Under the pieces are notes generated by a model, which saw only the letters and a list, made by a program, of their open reading frames with translations, had not been told where the DNA came from and did not search any database. DNA of 64,000 nt from the human T2T-CHM13v2.0 reference genome, Homo sapiens, in the NCBI RefSeq assembly GCF_009914755.1, contig NC_060935.1. One strand, 5' to 3'. The position numbers and the translations under genes are program-made. Shown here in pieces: positions 16,060 through 30,580 of this stretch. How positions within the stretch are numbered: the first letter of the stretch is position 1; each line of letters starts with the position of its first letter.

Positions 16060-17134
16060 TAAATGGGAGGGAGATTCCAGCATAACTCTGCAAGGAAACT
16101 TACCTCCACTAAGGAGTACGGGGCACAGTTTTGGGAGCTCTATGCACCATCGAGGCTAAGCTTCTCCTGGTTCTACAAGGAGCTACTGTCGAATCTGAGC
16201 CCCTGCCTGTGGAAGCCTGCAGAAGTAAAAAAGCTGAAGAACAGGATGTTTGACCATCATCTAGAGTTTGGTCTTCTAAAGCAAAAATAACCTTACATTG
16301 TAAACACCCTCACTCAAAGAGAAAATTTGTGAAGCCTCTACTCTTAGGAACTCCCTATTCTGCCCTAGGCCTGTCTGGGCTCAGCAGGCCCATAAATTGG
16401 CACTGTTGATATGACCTTTCCAGGCTGTATTTCAACAAGAGATAACAACAAAGCTCAGAGCTTTGGTAGCACTCAAAGAAGATTTGAGGGACTTAAAACA
16501 CATTGCTAAATTTGGCAGCAAAAGTTCCTGTTCCCTGAAGTTGCAAAAGAAAATCTCTTTATAATTTACACTTGTAGATAAGGAGCTATTCATTCTCTTT
16601 AGAAACAGATTAGAACCTCCTCATCCCAATCCACCACTCCTCTGAAAGAGGAGTGAGACTGCTGGGGCAAGTCTCACCTGGGGCTGGGATCAGGCTATCT
16701 CTTGGGAAGATGAAGTACCAGGAACTTACCTTGATGCCTCTTACTGCCTTAGCCACAAATGCCCAGAGACATTTGCCACTTCACTATCTAGAGCCGTCTA
16801 TCTCCCTCACCCTCCCATCAGCCTTCCCAATTCCCATTCTGCTCTTTGACACTGGGTCTGCCATGTCCCTATCCCTGTTGTTCATACAACACATATTACT
16901 CCTCAGAGAGGGGCCCGCTCAGCCTAGAGGCTCTTTTGATTCAGCCAGACTCCCCTTCTGGTTTATAATTTCTTTACAAAAGCAAGGTACAGGAGCTCCG
17001 ATCTATATGCTGACTGGGGGACGCTTATCACTGCTCTGCTGATACCGTCTGCCCAAGACACAGAAGAAGGGGATAGGGCCTTGCATTTCTCAGCAGAACA
17101 AACCCAACAGACAAGCCACAAAGAAATAAACACA

Positions 17135-18335
<1,201 letters not shown>

Positions 18336-18844
18336 CTATTGGATGGCTCTTCCCCTAAGACACAGATTTGCGTCTGGGCACTAACTGGCTCACCCTAAAC
18401 TCTAAAGGAGAGGGGATTGCTCAGAAAACACTGGCATTTTTCGCCACTGAGAAAAGGAAACAGTGATGGAAATATTTATTCAAAGACCTGGTCTAAGGCT
18501 ACAGAGCCAAACAAATAAGTACCCCAAACATCTGTTAACCAAAATTTTCCCAGGGCACCAAGAGAAACCTACCTTCTTACTTACTAAAGGCTGAGGCCTC
18601 CTTGTACTGCCCTACGCATTGGAGAACAAGCTTCCAGCCTCCGAGTTCTGAGAACCAAGTCAAAATGCTTCCTAGAATCTGGTTGATGGGGTTAAAGAAA
18701 AGTTACTCAAATATTTTTTAAGCACCAACTATATATGTTAGCCATTTGGGGAAATAAAAAGTATAAAATATTATACTTGATTTCATACAACTTCAAGGAA
18801 TCTAGTTGAAAACACAAGATATACACATTTGAAAAGTCAAGTCA

Positions 18845-19150
<306 letters not shown>

Positions 19151-19159
19151 TCAATGAGA

Positions 19160-19530
19160 ACACTGAATCCATGCCTTCTACTTTCTGGAAGAGGAGACTG
19201 AACCCTAGAGAAGTCAAGTTACTTCCCCAAGATCACCCAGCAAATTAGAGACAGAACCAGAACTAACATCCAGACCTGCTGACTACCTGGCTGGGACTTT
19301 CTACCGCTATATGTAGGCAGAGAAATTCACAGGAAGGATGGATTATTAACAACAGCAGCAGCTAACATTTATTGAGAGCATATTTGTGTCTACAACTAAG
19401 TCGAGTGCCTTACATAAATTAACACATTGAAACCTTACAATAACCCTTTGAGGTGGGTAATATTATCACTCCCAACTTACAGATGAAAACAGAGGTTTAC
19501 AGAGATGAACTCACCAGAGGTCCACAGATA
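19160..19530 (-). mobile_element. Two MIR fragments
   Basis: MIR core motifs. Confidence 0.6.
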
Positions 19531-20188
19531 GAGGAAAAACCAGACTATGGACCCTCAGAGCTGGCTGCAAAGCCTATTCTATGCTCTAAGCTGCATCTGG
19601 AAGGGTACAAGGGCAGTATTTGTGGAAGCAGGGGTAAGGAGGGCTGAGGCAGAGGCCGGGGTCTGGAGCACTGAGAGCAGCTTGTGAAGGGCCTCCAATA
19701 CCACACTGAGAAAGACCTCAGGGGCTCCACCTAGGCTGGCCAGCAGGAAAGGGGCAGGCGAGAAGCAGTTCTGGATGGACGGGTCTCCCCGTCTGTGAGG
19801 AGTGAGCATCCCACAGCAGGAGGAAAGAGCTGAACCTGTGAAGCTGGGTTGACAAGGACTACCTCAGACTCAGGACTTCTGGCCTCTCCAGTGTGGGCGG
19901 CTGCCGTGTCCTCAAAATCTCATTGGCCCCTACTCCTTCCTCTTAAAGGACACTCTCAAGTACCTTCCTGACGTGTAGGCCAGGTCTGAAAGGGCAGTCC
20001 TCCTTGGCTGCTGGTGACTTTCCAAAGCAATTGTCTTTCTCTCCCTACCTTGTCCATGGCCCCCTGTGCCCTTTCTTTGATCATTCTGCCTGATGCAGCA
20101 GCCATAAGACATGGGGAGCTGTCTGTCAAGTGGCAGGAACTGAACACAAGCAGCTTTGAGAAGTGGGGAGGAAATCCTGTGTTATTAG

Positions 20189-20590
<402 letters not shown>

Positions 20591-20699
20591 CAGCAGCTAC
20601 TTCTAAAAGAAGAATCTGGTTTGTTCCCAGCGTAGTAACATCAACCTGTTTGAGAGACACCAGCCCACTCTCTTCAAAATGCTGCTGTAAGTTGATAAT

Positions 20700-20935
20700 A
20701 ATATACTGGAAAGCATTGGACATTTACTATGTACCAGGCACTGGCCTATTTACAGGTATAATTTCATTTAATCCTTACCACAACTCTATCAAGTCAAGTA
20801 CTATTACATCCATTCTACAGATGCCTCAAAGAAGGCTGATGCACAGAGAGATTAAATAACCTGCCCAAGGTCACACAGCAAGGTCAGGTTCTAAAGCTAG
20901 TCCTCTAAGACCCCTGAGCTATAGCTGTTCATCAC
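20700..20935 (-). mobile_element. MIR
   Basis: tcatttaatcct...gagattaaataacctgcccaaggtcacacagc. Confidence 0.75.
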
Positions 20936-22350
20936 TGCAGTGCACTGCAATGCATGTCAGATACTCATATTAAATGCAAATGGTTCCATCAGAATTGCTC
21001 TAAGGCAGCACCACGCACTCACTGAGTACCTAAGAGTCACTGAGAGTTGAACAAACACACCACAGGCTAGTTCATTTTAAAACCATCTACAATACTCAGT
21101 TGTCAGAACTCCATAAGGTAGCCTGTGTTCCAAGTCACAAGCACACCAAAAGTCAGTTCCTCGAACAAAACTAGAGTTTTAAAAATAGCTGACTTGATAG
21201 TTTTTTTCCAACTTTCCCATTTCCCCTTTCCTATGACTCCCTCCCACATACACCATCCTTTGACACTGTCAAGAGAAGCTTCAACACAGGCCTAGAATCC
21301 TCACCCTCCTACTTCCAGTCCTTCAGTTGGCTCTCTTCCTTCATTCGAATCGTGCTTGAAATCAGTCTGTTGGACCCTCCTCCTTTTTCCCAGCCTAAGA
21401 GCATGAGATGGTCATTAACCCTACCATCAAAACTCAGAACTGCAGCAGGTCTATGCTGCTTCTCTCTTAATCACACAGACAGAGTGGGGGAGAGAGGGGA
21501 AGAAATAACTACAACACAACGTCTATTATAACATGACATAGATGGGAGTAAGGCCCATACTTGATACTTCTGCGTTCCTCCCCAGCTCTTGGCCCAGACA
21601 CTCCGTATTCACTGACTAAATGGGTGAACAGACCAATACTGCATAGATGGGCACCAGAGACACCTCTGAGCCAAGAACAAACAAACAGAGGTGTTAACCC
21701 TAATGCCAGCCACCCCTACCCCCTCCAGTGCTTCTGAGGGCCTGCACGACACTGTCACCCTGAGCTCCCTGGGGGCAGTCTGGCCTTCTGCTAAATTGTG
21801 TAGGCCTCCGAGGTCAGCCCTTCTCTCGATTACCACCTGCTGCTCCTGAGAACTGCCTCCGCCCAGGGCCCCTTGCCCAGTGCCTCACTCCTGCTTCCTT
21901 CCAGTAGTCTTCCTCCTGCCTCAGATCTTGTCTCCCGTAACCCTCAGTTTATCTCATTTTTTCCCAGTTCCAAATAATCCTCCATCCACTATGTGATTTC
22001 CAACAGTCCATCTCCAGCTCACACACAACCCCTTTGGTGATGACAGGTCACACAGAGGAAGAGTCTGGAGCTTTGAGAAACTGTGGTGGTTTCGTGACAA
22101 GCCTGTAGGAATAGGTCTGCTTTGGTTAAGAAGGCTTCATACGCTAACTGCATATAATTCACTCTTTTATAAGGACAGTGAAATCTAACATTCAGGCAGT
22201 TTTAGATGAGAAGAGTATAGTGATAGTTTCAACACCCTCCCCAACAACAGTACATTCATGACATCAGAGCCAAAAAAATAAGAGAAGGGGTCTTTGGAGA
22301 AATTCTTCAATAAGGTAATCTAGACTCATTTAACACCCTCCTCTCCCTTC

Positions 22351-22353
<3 letters not shown>

Positions 22354-22407
<54 letters not shown>
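22354..22407. repeat. (AC)27 microsatellite
   Basis: Perfect dinucleotide run. Confidence 0.95.
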
Positions 22408-22411
<4 letters not shown>

Positions 22412-24489
22412 AGGAGAGCTTTCTGGGGCCTATGGCTAGAAATAGAGAGCTCAGGTGTTTCTATCAGCACAATATTACGTGGCATATTCCTCTAAGACAG
22501 ATGCACCCAGTAGTTCCTCCGACCCACCTACTGAGACAGACACACATAGCACCTCCCCTCCAGGATGAAACAAATGCCTAGCCTCCCCAGCCCCTGCCTC
22601 CCCAGGAGAAGGCACACACTAATGCAAGTTTTCCCACAGGCTTTAAAGACAAATCTCTGCAGACTATGCCAGATGGTCTTTTTTTTTTTTTCTTTTTCTT
22701 TTTTCGCTCTATGCCCTCCTGGCCCCTTCTCCACTTTCCATGGTCCCTCCAACTCAAAGAACTCAATTATCTGCCTGCAGATTTCCCCTTCCCCTCCTCG
22801 CAGCCTGCCCTAAACACACCCTCCTCCCAAGCCCATGCAGAGGCACAGAAGGAAGGCCAAGCCAGGGCTCGGAAGGGCTGCTGCCAGGCCTCCTCCAGCC
22901 TCAACTATGTGTTCCCCGGGCTTGGCTGCCTCGGCCGACTCTCTTAGGCCCAACGATGGAAATGGGGACGTTTCCAGGGCAATGACAGTTAACAGCTAAG
23001 AGGAGTGACAGGAAGGAAGATGTATTCTTCAATCCTTCAGTCCCAACTGCCCCACAGGGAGGTGCTTCAGAAGGCCCAGGCCTCAGAGCCTCCCATCTCC
23101 CTGAGGTGCCAGGTGGACCTCCCGTAATGCAGTTCTTAGAATCAGATGCGGTGGGGAGTGGGGCACAGCCTCTCTTAGGTCTAGGCTACCAGTGGGGCCA
23201 TGATACTTGGATTGCCCTCCTGAATCTGTACACCCCGCCCTTCATTCCAGGGAAAGAGGCTGAACCAGCAGAACCAAGGGTGTCCTTGGCCTGTTCTCCA
23301 GTGTATTTCAAAGTTTCATCTTCCCGGGGTGACTGATATCTAATTTGAGAGAGAGAGAGCCCAAGGGGAGAAGGTACAGGAAGCGGGGTAGGAGGAGGAA
23401 AGAGGGAGTGAGAACAGGAATGTTACTTTTTAATCCTTAAGGAACATAGACAGATCCAATTTGTGACTCAGCTCTGGGAAGCCGGACTGATGGGAGTCGG
23501 GGAACAGCTGCAGCCCCAATCTAAGCTGTGGGCAGCTTCTCCTTCAGGCCTTAGAGGCTGTTGTGACATGACTCAACTAGAAGGGGAGCTGCTTGTTTTG
23601 TTTCATTTTTTTAATCTGCCTACTATGGGTCTGCTCAAGAGCTTCTTCCCAGACACCACTCCGGGATATGGCTGGCAGGTCTTCCCTATCCTACAGTAAA
23701 GCTGGGGCTGTGGGTGAGGCGCTCTAGTATGCCATACGCCCTTTCGACTCAATGAGGACAGACCTGGGACTCTCCTTGCCTGGAGTCTCCCTTCCCCTGC
23801 TCTTCCATTCCTTGGCACAGTCCCATGGCATATCAAGAATCTCTGCCCTTGGAATTCCCACTTCCTTGTTTCTTTTTCTTTCCCCATAAGCTGTGGCCTT
23901 ATGAGTTCCTGAAAGACCTGCCCAGCCCCCAAGAAGCCTTTCGGAGCAATAACACTTTCTCCCAGTTAGAACCCTGCCTTCTAAACCCAGAATGAAGGAG
24001 AAAGACCCCTTTGCCCACTGCAGAGTGTGCCCAGCAGGACCCAGCAGGATGAGGGAACCAGGCCTGGCCTCTTTTCCAGCTGCTAAAGTTTATGGTGCCA
24101 CAACTCTACAGGCAGCTGTGGGACACAGGAAAAGCGACGGGTCTTTTGGAATACCTCTCCTCTATACTATATATAAACACATGAGTCAGGTGACCAAGGA
24201 AAGCTTCCTCCCTGCAGGATCGTCTATGAGGCTCCAGTTTTATGGCAAACATCACTCTTATGAAACGACCCAACCCAAGGAAAGCAACATTTGTTTCCTT
24301 AAACATCCTGAAGAAGTCTTTTCAGATTTTTCTCATGTTTACTTATAAATGCAGAAAGGAAGAAGGCACTTTATAAAATGAGAGAACCAGAACAGAGAGG
24401 CAAAGTGACTTTCCAGAGAGAGTTGGGTCATTCCTCAAGCTTCAATTCACAACACGGTTCGTTAGATAGGACGTGACTTGTTTCAAACT

Positions 24490-24680
24490 ACTTTCATGGA
24501 AGTTATCCCACTGGCTCCTCCCAACAGTCCTGTGAAGTTGTTCTTATTACCTCCATCTCACAGGTAAGAATCTGAAGCTCCTATTAGTTAAGATACTTGC
24601 CCGTGGCCGCCCTATGGGAACAGAATCTAGCCGTCGACTCAAGTCTAGCAACCCAAATCCATTATTCTTTCTGCTATACA
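24490..24680 (-). mobile_element. MIR
   Basis: Degenerate MIR core. Confidence 0.55.
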
Positions 24681-25845
24681 ACAGAAGGAGCACCAGCTCC
24701 TGAAACTGGGTCTCTGCTAGCCCTCTTCACAGATGTGGGGATGGTAAAATTGAAGAGCTCCAACTACACACACAAGTAGAAAAGAAGGCTGAGGTTCTGG
24801 ATTTACACTGCCAACTGAAGGGGCCACTGGCTCAGTGTTATGCCACATCCCTCCAGCAAAATGTAGGTTTCAACTAAGCAAAGGATCCCTGGAGTGTATG
24901 TAGCAAGAGGAATAACTTCAGAAGTGGACCGTCTGAGGTCCAGGGCCATGGAGTTCACCCTTGTGGACCCTCAGGCCACAACCACGATGTATACATGTAC
25001 TCATTTTAGGGAGCCGGAACTGGCGACATGGCCAGTGCTTGCATTGGCAAGCTGATCCGAAGTTAATCAGAATGCCCCCTCATTGTTTGCCAGAATACAA
25101 AAGACATTCTGTTCAGAAAGTTCAAGAAGAAAAACTGAAGAACCAGGACAGCAGCTGTTCCCTCATCCCACAGAGAAACCAAAGGCATTTGCAAAGTTCC
25201 CTGAGGCCAAGAAGTGAATTTAAGACATAACATGGCTCAAGTGGAAGCACAACCCCTGATGGGTCTCCGTTGCAGGAAGTGTTTGCTGCATTCATCCTCC
25301 TCATAATATTACTGACAACCCCACTACCCTATCACCTATAAAACTGCCTTTCTGGGAGGGTCTCCTTTCCAAGGCCACACAGCTCACCATGTACCACTCC
25401 TCTAGGTCAGAACAAGTTTTACCAAAACTTAGGACAATCAGTGTAGGAGTGCACAGCGTGGACACTGCGTGCCCTGAGATTTGGTCAAAATGTAACCAAA
25501 GGAATCCACCCGGCACAACTACAGTGCCTCATGTTCCCCAGCTCTTAGCAGCTGCTGCTGAGAGCTCACTCTGGGACATCTGGATGAGAAACCTGTTTGC
25601 AGGCCCCCCAACCCCAAGCCAGCCCCCTCCTCCACCTCTTAGGAAAGTCTGTGATCGACCTTTTGATGTGGGAGGACAGCTTGATTCTTACCAAGCTGCC
25701 TGGAAGAGAGAGAGTGCAAAACCCCAGCTCAGGCATCCCTGTGACAGTCCCTCTGTCCTAATAAATGCTCTAGAGGGACTTGGAACTCACCACAGGCTCC
25801 TGGCTGAGCTTAATTAGCCTTTTTTTTTTTTTTTTTCCATTACAG

Positions 25846-26045
25846 GTCAGACATAGCAGCACCAAGAGACAAAACAGACAGTGTTCACTAGGACGAACAA
25901 GCGGCTCAAAAGGCACTGGAGTTTCCCTGTAAGAACTACAAACACCACGGGAGTGATGTTAACTCAGATTTTTCCATATAAAAGATTCTTCCTGTAAAAA
26001 TATCCTGTGCCTTTGTGCTAAATAAAAGTAAAATGATGCTTTTTA
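25846..26045 (+). ncRNA. DENND2B-AS1: Probable terminal exon of antisense lncRNA (3' end approximate)
   Basis: Branch-like CTTAAT, T17 tract, ccattacag| acceptor at 25845, AATAAA at 26021-26026. I recall an annotated antisense transcript ending near this promoter; name from memory. Confidence 0.55.
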
Positions 26046-26285
26046 GAGTGAAGTCTAAACACCTCAGATTCAGCAAGAGTGAGATCAGCTAGATTTGCAA
26101 AGTCAAGAAAATTGGCTGTTTCCCTCCTCCTTAAGCTAATAGAATCCAACTGTTGGAGCATGACATCATTCCTGAGCCCCAAACCCCGAGCAGAGACTAC
26201 AGACACTCGCCTGACTCCCAGAAAACAGCCGGAGAGAAGGGCCAGGAAAGGAGGCCAAATGATCCCAGCCCGGAGCTGCCCTTAC

Positions 26286-26460
26286 CTGAAAGTCCCGCTG
26301 CTTTCCTGCCCACTCCATTCTCACACCGCAGCCGGCTAGGGAGCCCAGGGCCCCCAAATCCACTGGCTTAAGCTCCGATACCTGCTGCGAGCTTCCCACA
26401 GCTCCTTCCTCTGACCTTTCGTGGCGCTCCTCGCAGCCAAGTGAGCAGAGCACTGCTAGC
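26286..26460 (-). other. DENND2B: Alternative first exon from internal promoter (TSS approximate)
   Basis: Strong donor CAG|GTAAGG at 26286/26285 just downstream of a CpG-rich patch; no clear acceptor upstream. Confidence 0.75.
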
Positions 26461-26572
26461 CGGCCAGGCCGGTTGTCATGGAGACCCTGTCCTCGCTAGG
26501 CGGGCGCGCGCACAGCGGCGCGCTCTTGGCCTAGCGCGTGCACAAGGGCGCTCTCTTTTTCTTTCTTTCTCA

Positions 26573-26613
<41 letters not shown>

Positions 26614-26640
26614 CTGGGAGGCTTCCATGAAACAGCACTG
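26330..26640 (-). promoter_or_regulatory. CpG-rich internal promoter with RFX X-box-like motif and (GA)n tract
   Basis: Local CpG cluster (gcgggcgcgcgcacagcggcgcgc) in a CpG-poor window; GTTGTCATGGAGAC at 26472-26485; (TC)17 at 26576-26609. Confidence 0.7.
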
Positions 26641-27015
26641 TCTTTTGATCAGCTCGGTTTTTGCATGCATTCCACTCCTCCTACCTCCCTTCCAGTCCAA
26701 CAGGGGCTCTGAACTGCTCCTGGGAACTTGCTTGAACAGCTCAGAGGGGAGAAGGGAGAAGACAGTGAGTGGACTTGTTTTCTTCCCCTCCAGTGTCTCA
26801 TTTTTTATAACTTGGAAGAATCCCTGCCAGGGGGGAGGGAGCTAGCTGAAGCGCTTGAAGGGGACCCAGCTTCCTCTGGGTCCTGGAGCTCGGGTAGGAG
26901 GGACCCTGATGCGCTGCCTTGACTTGTTTGTGCACTTGGGATTTTTCCGGGCAGCAGTTGGGGCGGAAATGCACTCACATCCCAGGAGCTCGCCTGGACT
27001 GGCCTCTCTGCTTAC

Positions 27016-27104
27016 CTTGCTGCCTGTCCAGGTTGTGGCGATGGCTTTAACCAGTGCAGGGACTCATGGTACTAGTGGTGGCGCCTAAGCAGTCTCTCAT
27101 CTTC
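27016..27104 (-). other. DENND2B: 5'UTR exon, 89 nt
   Basis: Minus strand reads gtctttgctctccatttcag|GAAGATGAGA...GGCAGCAAG|gtaagc; strong splice sites; stop codons in all three frames. Confidence 0.9.
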
Positions 27105-27483
27105 CTGAAATGGAGAGCAAAGACAACTCGGTCAGGACCAGGAAGAATCCTGGGCAAGTCGAGAGTCACAACCCAGACGACAAACCTGATACAAATACAG
27201 CCTTGTCTCTCTGCCCTGCTAAGGATCTGCAGCTAAGGTGCAGGCTTCGTGGGAGCTGCTGTCACAGTCGGTAATAATATTGCTCCTGTCAGAAAATGAG
27301 CACAGTCCCTGGGACACGGCAGACCCCCTAAGTTTAGTCCCATCCCCATCCCCATCCTGTCCCTTCCTCTCCCCCCTACCCAGCATACATTTCTGCTTTG
27401 TAACATTCTTTTTACATGTATCATTTTGTTTGATCCTCATAACCTTTTGAAATACACTGCACAGATATTTTTATGACCATTTT

Positions 27484-27820
<337 letters not shown>

Positions 27821-28707
27821 TAGATGGAAAAACTGAGACTCAGAGAGATTAAACATTTGATCTGCACTTATACAGTTAGGCAGTCAAAGAACTAAGAGAT
27901 CAGCCAAGTTCGCCCTAGTCCAGCACACTTTCAACTAAAGTATATTGCCACCTGATTTCAAAAACTGTCAACTTTTTGATAACTGGTTATGAGATAACGC
28001 TGGGCTCCCAAGGGAAGGTGGAGAATCCTTGTAAGTTGTGGCGAGATAGGCTGACTACCATCCTTTCAGCCTAAAGACCTTAAGACAGCATCTCTAAGAT
28101 GTAAAACGTCCTGATGCACAGCTCGGAGAAAAAGCCCTACCCTACAGCTATATGTGACCTTGCACTTTTCTAAACGACTCTCAAAATCTTGGCTCGTCTG
28201 TTCAACATGACAGGTCTGAAAGTTAGGATTGGCATTATTATACTAATTTAACAGATTTTTTTTTTTTAATTCTACAACAGAAGTAAAATTACTTGCCCCA
28301 GGTCATGGAACCAGGAAATAAAATCTAGAAACAATCCCCAAGCCTTTCAAGTCTCTTGAGTACATTAAGCACAGTGGTTGCAACAGCACCAGGGGTCAGA
28401 AGACCTTGGCAGTGCCTGACTCCACCACTAACGGGCCATGTGCCATTGGGCAAGTCCCATGACTTCCCCCTTTCCACCTACAGAGCCTACTGACAGGGCT
28501 GGGACTGAGCATCGGAAGAGATGCTGTCCGTGAAAGCACTCTCAAGTCAGGAACTGAACTAAGAACTTTACTCCTCTTGACAACTCCTCACCAAAAACAA
28601 ACAAAAAACACTGGGACAGTTGATACCCTCCCCAGGATGAGGACACTGAGGCTTAAGGAGGATATTTTCCAATGCTGCTCCCAAAAACAGTGCTAAAGGT
28701 CCTGATG

Positions 28708-28845
28708 TTATTTATTTATTTATTTATTGACACGAGGTCTTATTATGTTGCCCAGGCTGGTCTTGAACTCCTGAGCTCAAGCAATCCTCCCACCTCAGAC
28801 TCCTGAGTAGCTGGGATTATAGGTGTGTACTACCACACCCAGCCT
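28708..28845 (-). mobile_element. FLAM with (TTTA)n tail
   Basis: Monomer. Confidence 0.8.
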
Positions 28846-29799
28846 GATAGAATCTTTAATGCAACATCCTATGCAGAATCTAGTGGGTTTTTTCCATTAA
28901 TTTCCAGCATATCACAACATTCTCAAAACAAGATTCTGATTGACTTGAGTTTAAAAGGTAAATATATACCAGAAGTTAAGGTAGGAAAGTGTTATAAAAT
29001 CCAACAGGAAATGACAGAATGGCACAAATCCTAAATGGGGGGCACTACTGCTTTAGTGAAGCAATCAGAGCTTGAAAGGGAGTGAACCTAATCACCCACT
29101 ATAAATCCCCAACCCCACCCAAGCCCCAGCTGAAGAATCCCAAGTCTACAAAGAAAGACAAAGAAAGACAAGACAGAAGGGCAAATGCAGTATCATCAAA
29201 TCACTAAATTTCCGCCTCTTCCTTGTCCAAAAGGCATCCCTCTGCTCTCCTCCTGATCCTCAAAATGCACATTCCACTTGCCCAGTCTCCATCCTGAGAA
29301 AGAAGGGGTGATCCCACCCCTTTCTATAATAAGATAATATTAATAATACAGTAGTAACATCAGTTAACACTTGTTGAGCACCTACCATATGCCAGGCATT
29401 CTTTTAAGCAGTATGAGGGGCCAGGGGTCAGGACTGAGTACTAGAACTGATACAAGTCAGTTCCTGAAGTAATCCAAACTTAAGAAGCCCTCCAAACCAG
29501 ACCCAGAATGCGGGCCATGCTCCCCCTAGTGGCATGCTGGAGTTATGGAGGTTCCTTAGGGCCTTGTCCTGGGGGAAGGGACAAAGGAAGGGCCCCATTA
29601 CTGAGAGAACTGGAATCCCTGCTTGGGTAATGCTACTGTGTACACACTCCTTGAACTGGGCAGAGTCAGGGACAGCTGAATCCCACCACTGCCTCTGCAA
29701 GGCTGGATTTAGACCAATCCTACCTGACCCTTCTGAAGGATAAGGATTTGACAACCTTATATAAGCTCTCTGCTGTCTACTGAGAGGCCTGCAAGCATA

Positions 29800-30580
29800 C
29801 ATGTGCCAGAAACCTGGGAGACATCCTCAACTCTCCCTTCTTATTTCTGCCCACATCCAACCCATTTCCCAACTGCAAACAATTCTACTTCCAAAATATA
29901 TCTTTTATCTGTCCACTTTTCTCCACCTCTGATGCTACCCATCTCTCACCTTAATTATTGCAAAAACCTCCTAATTGCCCCAGCTTCCACTCTCCCCTCA
30001 CAAAGTCATTAGAGCTGTCTGAATCACCTTTTTTTTTTTTTTTTTTTTTACACCAGATCAGGTCATTTCCTGCTTAACACACTTCATTGACTTCCCACTA
30101 CACTTAAGATAAAATCTAACTTCTTACCAGGACCTACAAGGCCCAGCATGATTCTCCTCCTGCCTTCTTTCAGCACACTTCCTGCCCTTCCCTGTCTGTG
30201 CATCAGCCACATACAACTGCTTTTAGTTCCCCTGAGGTGTCATATTTTTTCCAGGTTGTTTCCCGTTGCTGGGACACTCCCCTACCAAGCAGTCTTTGCC
30301 TGGATAGCTCTTACTCACCTTGCCTCACCTTGACTCTCCTGTCTCTTGACTTTCACAATCCTCCAATCTAAATGAGGCTCCCCACACTTATCCTTCAGAG
30401 CACTCACCATGCTGTGTAATTATGCATTTATACAGTTATCTGCTTAATCTCAGTCTTCCCTCAGAAGAGTTCCTTAGGATACGAACCTTGACTATTTTGC
30501 TAACCACCAATATTCCCTGCACTTTGTGCAGGGCCCAGCTCACAGCTGGCACTCAATAAATATCTGCTGAATGAAATGCA
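29800..30580 (+). mobile_element. L2 fragment
   Basis: Ends in ggcactcaataaatatctgctgaatgaa. Confidence 0.75.

Noticed and set aside
26018-26206. Protein-looking ORF MLQQLDSISLRRRETANFLDFANLADLTLAESE
   Set aside because: Lies in the intron after the first-exon donor; the only nearby donor (GAG|GTGTTT) is weak, and by my recollection of the next exon it would not be in frame with DENND2B; no recognisable homology.
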